64,000 bases of DNA. Source: Pseudomonadota bacterium (GTDB taxonomy: Bacteria; Myxococcota_A; Bradymonadia; UBA4248). Positions 38,763 to 48,879 of this stretch are shown here, piece after piece (position 1 is the first letter of the stretch; every line of letters begins with the position of its first letter). The notes beneath the pieces were generated by a model, which made no database searches, was not told where the DNA came from, and worked only from the letters and a program-made list of their open reading frames with translations. A program made the translations under genes and the position numbers. The stretch is from the NCBI GenBank assembly GCA_017441205.1, contig JAFRYG010000067.1, forward strand, positions 140-64,139, in the 5' to 3' direction.

Positions 38763-41700
38763 TCAGGCTAAATCCACCAAGAGGATCGCCGCGGCGGCGA
38801 TTGAGAATAAAACCGTAGTCTATGACGATTGGAGGAATGGCTTCGTTGATGAGCCAGCGAAGACCCAGTCCTGCTGTATAACGCATTTGCTCCACAAAAA
38901 GTTCCTCGGCAAAACCCTCTGCAGAGTAGTACGTCGGCTGGTATGGCGTCAATGATCCCATGTCGACAAACAATGCTCCGTACAGCCCGACGTCTGACCA
39001 GATGGGATAACGCAGTTCCGTCGTAAAATTAAATAAAACTTCACCACCGCCGGCCTCGTTGGTCGCAACGTTGGGGGTCAGATCGTTGACGAGACGCGGG
39101 CCAAGCGCTTCGTTATCGTAACCCCTCATGTTCAGACCCCCAAGAAAATAGCGATCTATCAGCGGAAGTGACGCATTGGATTTGAGGAAACTCACGCCAA
39201 AGCGAAGGTTAAACGCTAAAGTGAAGAATTTCCAGAACGTGTGCAGATAGGATGCCCGTGCTTCCGGTTTGGCATAAAAACCAATCGTATTCGAATAGAC
39301 GAGCTTGACTTTGCCTTCGGCATAAAATCCGTATTTGGGCGTCAGCGGATTGTCGCGGCCATCGTAGCTGGCTCTTGGGGTCAGCGAAACCGTCAGCGTG
39401 TCGTTGATCGCTGAAAACGGGCAGTCCTGGAAAAATGTGACCGGATAACAGGCATGGTAGCTGCTGATATCATCGCTGACATCAATGCCGAATGATGAGG
39501 TCCTCGACGATTCCAGCTCAAAGGCAAGTGCTGCGAACCAGGCTTTGCTCACATTCCACTGCAGTTCGACGAGCCAGCCGTATTCCTCTTTATTCGTGTC
39601 GGGAATGTAGCGAAGATCATAGAATAGCTGCGTGACGAGATTAAAACCTTTGGCCGGAAAAATCGGAATCGAAAGCGTCAGAAGCGTAAAGAAATTCTGA
39701 TTGAACTTCTGTGTAAAGACGAATTCCGTACTTTCGTTCAAAAACCTCGCTTCCGGCATCAGGAGAAAACGCAAATCCCAGCCTGTGCCGAGCAGATTGG
39801 CTTCGACAAATTCCATCTCGCCGGTCAGTATCCAGTCACCGCCCGTTTCCTGAATACCAAGTGCAAAGTCGATCCAGCGGCGTTCGCCTTCTTCCAGGTT
39901 GACGACCATGGGTACCGGATATTCGGTCGTCGATGTGGAATCTCCTTTTTCGAGGGTTGAGGTGAGATTGTCGTCGACACCGATAACATTGAGGGAAGCG
40001 GACTTATAAATCGTTCTGCGGCGAAGCAGACTGCGCGCATCGATAACTTTGTTGATGTCGAAGGTTTCACCTGTAGTGAAGGGAATATCCTGTTTGACGA
40101 CCCAGTTGCGGGTAACGACGTTGCCATGAACAAAAACATCGCCAAACGCAAACCTGGGGCCAAGGGTGATGCCATATTCGACGTCGACTTCGCTGCCGGT
40201 AATACCATTCTGAAGGACGCATGGGGGTTCATCCGGCATGCCGTATTCCGTTTCGAAGTGGCGCATACAGCGTTCCTGCGGACCGTTGGGCGTTTCGGTG
40301 ATCTCGCACATGGCATCTATATCATCCGGGAAACAGGTCGCCGGAAAATCGGCAATTTCGCATGTCTCTTCGCTCGAAACCACGCCATCTTCGTCGTACG
40401 AGGTGCAGAGAACGCGATCTGCAATGGTGGCATGTCCGCGGGCTCTCAGCTGCTTCGTAATTGCTGCACGTTCCGCGCGGAAGCTGGAATCGCTGAATAC
40501 ATCGTCAACCGGTCGATCAATCAGAACGTCAAATGCATCGTATGTCTCCCGGTCTGCATATCGAATCTGCCGGTGTGACAGCTTGGACTGGGGGCCTTCT
40601 GATATGATGAATGTCAGGCGCAGCCTGTTGCTGTTTTCGATAGGTGCAAGCGTCCAGCTGGGAACATCGGCACTCAGATATCCGCGTTCGCGGTACAGAT
40701 CGACAATTTTCGCAGCATCGTCTGCAATCATCGAACGCTGCGGATAGGCGCCGGATCCAAATGCGGAATATTCGGTGCTGTCGATGATGTCCAGAAGTTC
40801 ATCGCGGGAGATGGAGAACGCGCCGGCAAACTGTATTTCTCCAATTTCCGCACGTTCCCCCTCATCGATGTTGAACACGATAATATTGACAGTGTTGTCG
40901 CCGCTCTGGAGCATTTCCCCGCTGACTTTTGCCCAGTAATAACCCGCTGAAATGTAGGTCTGTTTGAGCGCTGTTGCTGAGGCTTCCACTTCGCTTTTGT
41001 CGACATAGCCGGACGCTTCAAACGTCAGCGCAGTCCGGAGCTCCTTTTCCGAGAGCGATTCATTGCCTTCCAGCTGAACGGACCACAACGGCGATTCCGT
41101 GATGTCAAGAAACACGTCGACGGTCTTTTTTTCCGGAACCTGGCGCGAAACAAAGCTGATGCTCGTTTGATAGTAGCCATCCTGCCGATATTGGTTCAGA
41201 ACGGCTTCCACTGCATCTTCGATCTCGGCCTTGGTTACACCGCCAAAAAAGCCAAATTCGGAGCGAAAGGCACTCTCGATTTCGGCATAGGTTTTGACAT
41301 GATGCCCGCGTACATAGACCTTACCGAGAACATAGCTTTCGGCATTCTCGACAGTCACATGAAGATCGACCAGATTGGGCTCGATCTCTTCTGTCGTAAT
41401 CGTTACTTTCGCATCAAAATAGCCTTCTTTGTTGTAGACCCGGGTCAGGCTTTTGACCTGGTCTTCGATGGCCATTTGAATGAGCTTTTCTTTGGGAATA
41501 TCGTCGACGTCCATGCCGCGCAGAATGGCTGTCCGGGGATAGAGTGCACCGCCGGGGCGCAGAATCATTCGCTTTTTGACCTCGGATTTATAGAGGGAAC
41601 CGCTTTCGTCGATGATAACTTTGCGAATGGTCGTGTGTGGAACGGTCGTGAATGATACGGCGACGCGATCACCATCGTGCTGAAGCGTCTGGTGGATGTT

Positions 41701-42261
41701 GGAAAAATAACCGGTTTTGCGAAGTCTTTCGATGGCCAGAGCGAGGTCGGTATTCGTCGTCAGATGGCCAAGTTCGAGGTCGGTTGCGCGGATCAGTGCC
41801 TCGACATTTTCCTTGTCCTGGCAGAATTCGAGGTCTTCGCAGTGAAGTTCAATATCGGAAATGCGCATGGTATGGTCGCCGGGCAGCGCATTCCTTTTGA
41901 ATTGTGCGGCATTCAGACCCTCGCCTGCGGGTTCGTCCTGATCTTGTTCGGGGTTATTTTCTGCGGAATCCGGGGCATCTTCCGGCAGGTCTTCAGCTTC
42001 ATCGTCATCGGAATTGTCCGGACTTTCCGTCTGCTGGGCGACGGCATCACTGCGGGGACCGCCCAATTCTCCCTGTTGAATGATGTTGGCTTTGTCGCGG
42101 AATGCAAATTCGAAGTAGGCATCTCCGGCGAGTTCTTCTGTGGATTCATTTGCCTGAGGGGATTCCTGGGCCTGAACCTGGCTGCAGATACACATCACGG
42201 CGAGACATATGGCCGAAACCATTGCCTGATGCGTGTGATATTTTTGAAAAAGCCAGTCCAT
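38743..42261 (-). CDS. Very large Omp85/BamA-family outer-membrane protein (~1172 aa) with POTRA repeats, an acidic N-terminal linker and a Cys-rich insertion
   Basis: Signal peptide MDWLFQKYHTHQAMVSAICLAVMCICSQVQA follows GAGG. POTRA-like VxEGxxxxIxxIxFxG motifs are present. The C-terminus ...GFSLNVGYTF has the beta-barrel signature with terminal Phe. Confidence 0.75.
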   Translation of the reverse strand: MDWLFQKYHTHQAMVSAICLAVMCICSQVQAQESPQANESTEELAGDAYFEFAFRDKANIIQQGELGGPRSDAVAQQTESPDNSDDDEAEDLPEDAPDSAENNPEQDQDEPAGEGLNAAQFKRNALPGDHTMRISDIELHCEDLEFCQDKENVEALIRATDLELGHLTTNTDLALAIERLRKTGYFSNIHQTLQHDGDRVAVSFTTVPHTTIRKVIIDESGSLYKSEVKKRMILRPGGALYPRTAILRGMDVDDIPKEKLIQMAIEDQVKSLTRVYNKEGYFDAKVTITTEEIEPNLVDLHVTVENAESYVLGKVYVRGHHVKTYAEIESAFRSEFGFFGGVTKAEIEDAVEAVLNQYRQDGYYQTSISFVSRQVPEKKTVDVFLDITESPLWSVQLEGNESLSEKELRTALTFEASGYVDKSEVEASATALKQTYISAGYYWAKVSGEMLQSGDNTVNIIVFNIDEGERAEIGEIQFAGAFSISRDELLDIIDSTEYSAFGSGAYPQRSMIADDAAKIVDLYRERGYLSADVPSWTLAPIENSNRLRLTFIISEGPQSKLSHRQIRYADRETYDAFDVLIDRPVDDVFSDSSFRAERAAITKQLRARGHATIADRVLCTSYDEDGVVSSEETCEIADFPATCFPDDIDAMCEITETPNGPQERCMRHFETEYGMPDEPPCVLQNGITGSEVDVEYGITLGPRFAFGDVFVHGNVVTRNWVVKQDIPFTTGETFDINKVIDARSLLRRRTIYKSASLNVIGVDDNLTSTLEKGDSTSTTEYPVPMVVNLEEGERRWIDFALGIQETGGDWILTGEMEFVEANLLGTGWDLRFLLMPEARFLNESTEFVFTQKFNQNFFTLLTLSIPIFPAKGFNLVTQLFYDLRYIPDTNKEEYGWLVELQWNVSKAWFAALAFELESSRTSSFGIDVSDDISSYHACYPVTFFQDCPFSAINDTLTVSLTPRASYDGRDNPLTPKYGFYAEGKVKLVYSNTIGFYAKPEARASYLHTFWKFFTLAFNLRFGVSFLKSNASLPLIDRYFLGGLNMRGYDNEALGPRLVNDLTPNVATNEAGGGEVLFNFTTELRYPIWSDVGLYGALFVDMGSLTPYQPTYYSAEGFAEELFVEQMRYTAGLGLRWLINEAIPPIVIDYGFILNRRRGDPLGGFSLNVGYTF

Positions 42262-42380
42262 TAAAACCTCGTCGCAGTCCCCGGGACAGATAACTACCAC
42301 ATTTGCATACACATAAAAATCATTCAGAATACAAATGGGGGCTGCGCTGCATTTTTTTTATTGCCGGAATCCCATAAAGA

Positions 42381-42417
42381 AACGCCGCGTATTTCGCTGA
42401 AGCGAAATAGCGGCGTT
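42381..42417. terminator. Palindrome aacgccgcGTATTTCGCtgaaGCGAAATAgcggcgtt downstream of the kinase gene
   Basis: A 16-17 bp stem with a TATTTCGC / GCGAAATA core, of the REP-like family. Confidence 0.45.
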
Positions 42418-42477
42418 CAGGCGGTGCGTATTGTGACGCCATCAGGCGGCACAAAAGCACGCCCCACAAAGTTTGAA

Positions 42478-43986
42478 TCAAATCACCGCCATGACGATCA
42501 ACAGTGTAATCGCAGCGCCGATGATGATGCCGAGTACAGCAATGTTCACATAAAGCAGCGGACTGGATTGTCTGGGGGCAGGCTGGACGGCGGATTTGGA
42601 AGTAATTTTGGCCTTTGCCGAAGGCAGCATGCCGCTGACTTCGCGCGTAGGTGTCGTGCTGGTCGGCGTTTTGAGTGTCGGACTGGGCGTTTTGAGCGTG
42701 ACTTTAGGCGAATCCTCTGTCACTGTCTTTTTGATAGCCGAATTGCCGGGCTGATTCGGCTGCGCCTTTTTGGCCTTTGCATTCGTTACCGGTTTGAGTG
42801 TGGGATCGTCGGGAATATTGGATTTCTTTTCGGCAAAGACGACTTCACCGTCATCGAAACCGACGTCGCTGAAAACGTCTTCGACCCAGTTGGCGTTCTT
42901 GCGTTTCGCACGTTCGTTGCTCTTAACTTCGGCGGCTTCGGAAATACCGGTGACGATTTCGGCCAGAATTTCGGCATCACCGGGCGGGAGCATGCCGCCC
43001 AGTTCATCCTGCAGTGTTTTCTGCATATCTTCCGAAACTTTTTCACCGACAAATTCGTTCCAGCGATTGCCGGCAAGATCGTTGACCAGCCAGCTCAGAT
43101 CGTAGCGATTGATCGGAATGTTCAGCGCTGTCGCGATCGAAGAGAGATCGAGATAGAGCTGTTCGCAGGTCTGGTAGCGCTTTGCGGGATCCATGGCCAG
43201 AGCTTTGGCAACGATTTGCATGAGCTCGTCCGGAATATCGTTTCGGTATTGACGCAGATCGGGAATGACACACGCTTGTACAGCCCTGAATGTCTCGATA
43301 TCCGTATTGCGCTGGAACAGACGAGTACCTGCGAGCATTTCCCAAAGACAGATACCGATCGAAAAGATATCGCTGCGCGTGGTAATCTTCGTCGAACTCT
43401 GCGTGCTTTCGGGAGAAATGTACGCAAATTTGCCTTTGATCATGCCTTCCGGTGTGGCGACTTTGTTCGAACGGGCATCCGACAGACCGAAGTCTGCAAC
43501 TTTGACTTCGCCATGGCGGCCGATCAGGATATTCGGGGGTGAAATATCATTGTGAATCAGGCCGAGCGGCTTGTTGTCCGAATCGGTCAGCGTGTGCGCA
43601 TAGCCAAGACCGGCACAAACCTGAAGCGTAATATAAAGTGCTATGCCAAGCGGGAATATGGTTCCGCTCTCACGAAGGCGTTCCATGATTGTCTTCAGAT
43701 CAAAGCCTTCGATGTACTCCATTACGATGAAAAATGTGTTGGCCGTCTGACCGACGTCATAAACACGAACGATATTGTCGTGCTCGAGCAAAAATGCAAG
43801 ACGTGCTTCATCGACGAACATCTGTTGAAAGAGCTTGCTCTGTTTTTGTATCAGCTCCGGCAGAATTCGTTTGATGGCGACTTTGCGCCTCAGACCGCCG
43901 ACGGAGTTCATCCAGCCGAGAAATACTTCGGCCATTCCACCGCGTCCGAGCGTACTGATAAGTTCAAATCGCTGTTCCTGTGCCAT
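42478..43986 (-). CDS. Hanks-type Ser/Thr protein kinase, C-terminally tail-anchored
   Basis: GRGGMAEV...VAIKRI, HNDISPPNILI and DFGLS motifs are present. The C-terminal transmembrane helix is LLYVNIAVLGIIIGAAITLLIVMAVI. Confidence 0.85.
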   Translation of the reverse strand: MAQEQRFELISTLGRGGMAEVFLGWMNSVGGLRRKVAIKRILPELIQKQSKLFQQMFVDEARLAFLLEHDNIVRVYDVGQTANTFFIVMEYIEGFDLKTIMERLRESGTIFPLGIALYITLQVCAGLGYAHTLTDSDNKPLGLIHNDISPPNILIGRHGEVKVADFGLSDARSNKVATPEGMIKGKFAYISPESTQSSTKITTRSDIFSIGICLWEMLAGTRLFQRNTDIETFRAVQACVIPDLRQYRNDIPDELMQIVAKALAMDPAKRYQTCEQLYLDLSSIATALNIPINRYDLSWLVNDLAGNRWNEFVGEKVSEDMQKTLQDELGGMLPPGDAEILAEIVTGISEAAEVKSNERAKRKNANWVEDVFSDVGFDDGEVVFAEKKSNIPDDPTLKPVTNAKAKKAQPNQPGNSAIKKTVTEDSPKVTLKTPSPTLKTPTSTTPTREVSGMLPSAKAKITSKSAVQPAPRQSSPLLYVNIAVLGIIIGAAITLLIVMAVI

Positions 43987-44113
43987 AAAACCTCCGAAAA
44001 CGCATTCGGATCAAATCGTGCATCCCCTGTTGTCGCATACTTTTAATGAAACATCAAATCATGTGGTTCACTTTTTCAGTCCGGGGCGGTTGCCAAAATA
44101 GGCGAAATCGCCT

Positions 44114-44467
44114 CTAACCAAATAATTTTGAGCGAAAAATAAAAAATACGGCGCCAAGAATGCAAATCATTGCAAGAATGTAATCCAGAGTAATCTTTTC
44201 CTTAAGAAAAAATATCGAAATCGGGATAAAAACTGTCAGCGCAATGGATTCCTGCAGAATCTTTAACTGCGGAATGCTCATGACTGAACTGCCGATGCGG
44301 TTGGCGGGAACCTGGAGAAGATATTCGAACAGTGCAATGCCCCAACTGACGAGCGCTGCAACAATCCAGGGCTTTGAAGACAGATTTTTCAGATGACCAT
44401 ACCAGGCTATGGTCATGAAAATATTGCTGAGTACGAGCATTCCTGCCGTAATGAGTATCGTTTTCAT
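44114..44467 (-). CDS. DMT-superfamily small membrane protein (DUF486-like)
   Basis: 117 aa with 4 predicted transmembrane segments. MKTILITAGMLVLSNIFMTIAWYGHLK matches the family N-terminus. Confidence 0.55.
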   Translation of the reverse strand: MKTILITAGMLVLSNIFMTIAWYGHLKNLSSKPWIVAALVSWGIALFEYLLQVPANRIGSSVMSIPQLKILQESIALTVFIPISIFFLKEKITLDYILAMICILGAVFFIFRSKLFG

Positions 44468-45000
44468 ATGAATGTCCGTGGTCCCAGATTAATTTTCTCA
44501 AGCGAAATATCATGGCGGATATCCCCCGTTCTTTCATTCGCGGGCAATGTCGTCAGCAGGAGCGCGGTTCGTTCGTGGTGATGTCCCGCATTACCGGCTG
44601 CTCCTGGGCTCAGCCACAGAACGGAGTGGTCTGTGCCCTTGATCTGGGTACACCAGTAGCCATGATAGTGACCGGAAATCAGAATGTCTGTTGTTGGGCT
44701 GAGAATTCGCGTATGCATGTCGTGCGCAGGATGATAGATATCGCCGGCATTGTGGATCAGGCTGAACGAAATGCCATCCAGAACCCGGTGTTCCAGTTTG
44801 GGGAGATCAAAAAATTCCTCGCCGTCGATGTTGCCGCGTACCGCAATGACCGGTGCTATCGACCGGAGTTGTTCCAGAACCGGCATCAGGCCGATGTCTC
44901 CGGCATGAAGAATGTAATCTGCACCCGCAAACAGTTCCCTGAATGATGGGTGAAAATAACCATGCGTATCCGATAAAATGCCAATTTTCATGAAATTCAC
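44464..45000 (-). CDS. Metallophosphoesterase (YfcE/MJ0936-like)
   Basis: MKIGILSDTHGY...ILHAGDIG...GNID motifs are present. The stop overlaps the start of the downstream gene by 4 bp. Confidence 0.75.
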   Translation of the reverse strand: MNFMKIGILSDTHGYFHPSFRELFAGADYILHAGDIGLMPVLEQLRSIAPVIAVRGNIDGEEFFDLPKLEHRVLDGISFSLIHNAGDIYHPAHDMHTRILSPTTDILISGHYHGYWCTQIKGTDHSVLWLSPGAAGNAGHHHERTALLLTTLPANERTGDIRHDISLEKINLGPRTFI

Positions 45001-45119
45001 GAACCTCTTTTGCGACAGATGTCATCGAACGCCTTTCGGGCGTCTTTCGGGCGCTTCTTTATCCCTTTTTTTATTCAAGGGGTAGAGCATTCCGCATTCC
45101 GCATTAACCCAATAACAAT

Positions 45120-45150
45120 CTGTACAGACGTGTCGCGACACGTCTCTAAC
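45120..45150. repeat. Palindromic element ctgtacAGACGTGTCGCGACACGTCTctaac (family B)
   Basis: A perfect 20-bp palindrome. It is followed by the direct repeat taacaac x2 and preceded by ttccgca x2. Confidence 0.7.
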
Positions 45151-45240
45151 TAACAACTAACAACTACCCCCTCATTTGTGGTAGCTATCACTTGAACAGC
45201 CATTGGCTGTCCCCGAACTGCAGTCCTTCAAATTCCGTAT

Positions 45241-48200
45241 TTGTCCATGTTCAGCATTACTTACATCAGTGCGCTTGCCGGAGTCATTCTTTTGGGTGGA
45301 TTCCTGGTACTCATGTATTCACACATGGGACGATTCTATGGACACACACTGTCAGAATGGATCGAACGGACGCGAAGAAAAAATGACGAATTTTCTGCGG
45401 AAAAATTGCTCAATGTCCGCAAACGCCTCGAAATTATGGCCCACGACATCCTCAAGCATCGGCTGCTTGGGCTCGCGTCGCTGGTTCAGGAAATCAAGCT
45501 GGAAACCGATAACGGGAAGAAAATATCAAGTCTGACGCAGGAACGCCTGGACAGCATCAGTGCAGAGGTTTTCAGGCTCTGCGGAATCAAGGCCGGAGCA
45601 GAGGAAAGACTCTGGGTTCGCTGGCGTGACTGCTTTATGGATGTGTTTCAGCATACCGGCATCAATACGGCAGTGCCGTTGATCGATCCGATGTTTTCGG
45701 TGACACTTCGAGAGCTCATGGCCCTTCGGCGCCTGATCATGTCCTACGTCGATGCAGAAGGATCCCGTGCGACATTTCTCGAAAAAGTCATGCATCTGCA
45801 GTTCGAGAACTGCGTCAATCTCTATCCGGATGTGCTCGCGCTTGGGGATGCCTGCCGAATGGTGGTCAATCCGGCTGACGTCGTTCAGCGATCAGTCGAT
45901 GCGGTAGCTTCTCAGACAAGGCGCGCGGATATTGTCGATAATATCGTCATTTACCATCGGGTCGATCAGAAACTCCTGTGTCCGGCAGCTTATAATACGC
46001 TGGTCATGTGCGTGACGCGGTTGATCGACAATGCCCTCGAAATCGGTGGAAAAGCCGGGATCAGTGTCGAACTGTGCTGCGATGAATTTATGGGCTCATC
46101 ATCCCTGGTATTTAAGGTCTATGACATATCTGAGGTCATGCCTGCTCCCAACGATTACGGTATGGGGATTCGCGGGATCAAGCATCGGATAGCGGTGTTC
46201 GAAGGGGGGCTGCAGTTTCGCAGTGAAAAGCGGGATGCATTTAAAAAAGCGGCAGTGCTTTCATTCCCGGTATCTGAATATGCGGAATTCCCGGTATCCC
46301 ACTTGCCGAAAAGATTGAAGGCCAGTTTTGCTTTCGTCGGATTTGTTTGTTTTGGCGGGTTTATTGGCTGTCTATTGTATGTTTTGGGCGGTCCTCCGGT
46401 CGAATTTGCCGGTCGTGGAACGAATATTGTCGAGTTTTCGGTCAATGTCGGGGAACAGCTCGAAATTCCCCTGTGTGCCGGCGGAAGAAATGTTCGCGTC
46501 GAAACGAATATCGTCAATGAAGCCTGTATGGCCGATAATTGTACGTTCGGACAGGTCCTGCAGTCCCTGGAACCCTGTGCCGTCAGTCTCGAAGATCCGG
46601 ACTGCCCCGGGGCAATCCGCTGGACGCCTCAGTTCAACGATGGACAAAGACAGGGCAAAAACTACGAGCTCACGATTCACTGCATCTCAGAAGGGCCTCC
46701 GGGCAGCGACGATCTCAGGCGCATTCGTGTGCTCGTTTCGCGTCCCAACAGTGCTCCGCGCGTTCTCCTCATTCAGCTTCTGAACAAAACCCGGGGAGAT
46801 GTTCATTATATTCAACAAAATCAAACGGTTAAAGTGGGGGTCTCCGACCAGGTGATCCTGAGGGCCATGGCTTCCGATGATGATGCCGACAGCATTACCT
46901 ATCGGCTCCATCAGCCCAATGGAACGACTTTATCCTCGGGGGACGGCACATTCTGGCTCGAGTCGGATTGGAGCCTTTTTGCAACATCGACATTCGATCT
47001 CGAAATATCGGACAATATCGCGCCGCCTCTGCATATTCCCATCGTTCTTGAAGCCGATCAGCTCCATCCTGTCGAAATGCGTTCAATGGGGCTTTGGGCC
47101 ACCGGAAGCGTTGCAAAACATGCCTGCGAGGGTACGAGTGAATCCAGAATCTGCCATCTCGGCAACAATACTTCGAATGCTCTCGAAATGCAGATCTGGT
47201 TCGATCCCATGCAGCCGCAGATTCGTCCCGTCCTCGATTTTCATATCAGTGATGCACAGGGATTGGTGATTCGGCCTGCGCCGCAAAACGGGAACATTGC
47301 TGCCCCCGGCAATCACTGGGAGATCTACTGGCAGCAGTCCGGACAGCTCGACGGCATCATTGAATTGACTAATATTGAGCAGACTCAAACCCCGGGACTC
47401 TACAATTTTACTTTCAATGTGCTGACTTCCCCGACACTCAGCGACAGTATCAGCGTGGCCGTCAACCTCTCCGTTTCCGAAATGTCGGGACGAATGCCGG
47501 AACTCAAAACGCTCATCATCTTCTCTCGCCGGCTTTCACCGCAGACGCCGGTTTCCTTCAGCTCCAGGCACATCGAACTGACCGAATACGAACACGATGA
47601 ACAGATGTCACTCGCTCAGGCCAGTACCTGGATTTATCCCAATCAAATCAATCGGTCTTCTGCAGGCCCGAGCCTCGGGCAGATCATCTGCCAGACGCCG
47701 GAATTCGCCGATGCCTTCGAAGCGCCTGTACTTCGGAATATCCATAATGCATGGCGCCTGGATTTCAAACTCAAACGGGGATGCATTCCCGGCTTGTCCC
47801 AGGTAAGTCCAGGAAAATCAAGGCTTTGCGCCGTCAATGTTCGATTGGATTCCGGGCAGAGTCAGTCCGAAGCACTTTGGATTATGCTCAAACCCCGTTC
47901 CTGTGAACCCCGGATCGAGGCACTCAACCTGAGCTCTTCCAAAGAGGAACTCAACAGCAATATCTTTAAGTGGAGATTCAAAATTGTCGATCCCGACGGC
48001 GATTTGAACGCCCGGAATATCGATGTCAGGGGAACATCGGCATATTCGATCAATATCGATTCGCAGGATTCGACCATGGGGAACGTTTATACCGGCGAAG
48101 TATCTGTCTCTACTTCCTGCGATAATCCTGTCTTTACGCCGACAAATTCAAAAATAGCTCTCAGCGTCCGCGATGATGATGAACACGAAATTCAGAAGCT

Positions 48201-48798
48201 GCTCTATCCCCAGCTCAACTGTCCTTCGCTCGTTTCGACTTCTGACGGCCGTACGGTATTTGATGTCGATGAAGGTGATTTCCTGTCTGTTCCGCTCATC
48301 TACGACAACGATGTCAAGGTCGCGGTAAACGGACATTTCGGGGCTGTGGCAAATCATGCATTCGAATGGAGCGCGTCATGCCTGTACGGTAATGGACCGC
48401 ATATCATTGAAATTTCCGGAGAATCTCCAACGCGCTACGGCCGTCCGCTGCAGCTTCAGATCAATATCAGCCATTGTCAGCCACGCCTGGAATTATCCAT
48501 CGACGACGTGGCCCTGACACCCGGTGCGCCTGTCATTTTGCCCGTAAATACGACGAAGCGGCTCAGAATTTCCGGCAATAAATCCCTCGATGAATTCACT
48601 GTCATTCCCTCTTCGATGTCAAATTTGCCACATCTTCTTTTGAACGTCATCGAGCAGGGGACAGACTGGGTCTACGAGCTTTCATGCGATAAGGCCGGTG
48701 TTTCCGAGGATTTGCGCATTCAGCTGGTGCCAAAGAGTGGTGCAGATCTTGCGCATTCTGAACCGGTCCGCATTCCCGTCGAATGTGTTGAGCCATAA
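45241..48798 (+). CDS. Polytopic membrane protein: N-terminal transmembrane helix, cytoplasmic histidine-kinase-type ATPase (GHKL)-like domain, second transmembrane helix, ~800-aa extracytoplasmic region
   Basis: RLIDNALEIGGKAGISVEL...YDISEVMPAPNDYGMGIRGIKHRIAVFEGGL resembles the N and G boxes of HATPase_c. Transmembrane helices lie at aa 5-28 and about 355-377. No H-box is recognised. Confidence 0.55.
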   Translation: MSMFSITYISALAGVILLGGFLVLMYSHMGRFYGHTLSEWIERTRRKNDEFSAEKLLNVRKRLEIMAHDILKHRLLGLASLVQEIKLETDNGKKISSLTQERLDSISAEVFRLCGIKAGAEERLWVRWRDCFMDVFQHTGINTAVPLIDPMFSVTLRELMALRRLIMSYVDAEGSRATFLEKVMHLQFENCVNLYPDVLALGDACRMVVNPADVVQRSVDAVASQTRRADIVDNIVIYHRVDQKLLCPAAYNTLVMCVTRLIDNALEIGGKAGISVELCCDEFMGSSSLVFKVYDISEVMPAPNDYGMGIRGIKHRIAVFEGGLQFRSEKRDAFKKAAVLSFPVSEYAEFPVSHLPKRLKASFAFVGFVCFGGFIGCLLYVLGGPPVEFAGRGTNIVEFSVNVGEQLEIPLCAGGRNVRVETNIVNEACMADNCTFGQVLQSLEPCAVSLEDPDCPGAIRWTPQFNDGQRQGKNYELTIHCISEGPPGSDDLRRIRVLVSRPNSAPRVLLIQLLNKTRGDVHYIQQNQTVKVGVSDQVILRAMASDDDADSITYRLHQPNGTTLSSGDGTFWLESDWSLFATSTFDLEISDNIAPPLHIPIVLEADQLHPVEMRSMGLWATGSVAKHACEGTSESRICHLGNNTSNALEMQIWFDPMQPQIRPVLDFHISDAQGLVIRPAPQNGNIAAPGNHWEIYWQQSGQLDGIIELTNIEQTQTPGLYNFTFNVLTSPTLSDSISVAVNLSVSEMSGRMPELKTLIIFSRRLSPQTPVSFSSRHIELTEYEHDEQMSLAQASTWIYPNQINRSSAGPSLGQIICQTPEFADAFEAPVLRNIHNAWRLDFKLKRGCIPGLSQVSPGKSRLCAVNVRLDSGQSQSEALWIMLKPRSCEPRIEALNLSSSKEELNSNIFKWRFKIVDPDGDLNARNIDVRGTSAYSINIDSQDSTMGNVYTGEVSVSTSCDNPVFTPTNSKIALSVRDDDEHEIQKLLYPQLNCPSLVSTSDGRTVFDVDEGDFLSVPLIYDNDVKVAVNGHFGAVANHAFEWSASCLYGNGPHIIEISGESPTRYGRPLQLQINISHCQPRLELSIDDVALTPGAPVILPVNTTKRLRISGNKSLDEFTVIPSSMSNLPHLLLNVIEQGTDWVYELSCDKAGVSEDLRIQLVPKSGADLAHSEPVRIPVECVEP

Positions 48799-48802
48799 GG
48801 GG

Positions 48803-48836
48803 GCGCCGCTATTTGGGCCGCGGCCCAAATACGCCT
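48803..48836. repeat. REP-like palindrome cgcTATTTGGGCCGCGGCCCAAATAcgc preceded by G5
   Basis: Lies immediately after the stop codon at 48798. Confidence 0.45.
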
Positions 48837-48879
48837 GCGCCGCCGCCGCTTTTCGCTGGCGCTCAATACGCGTCGACAC

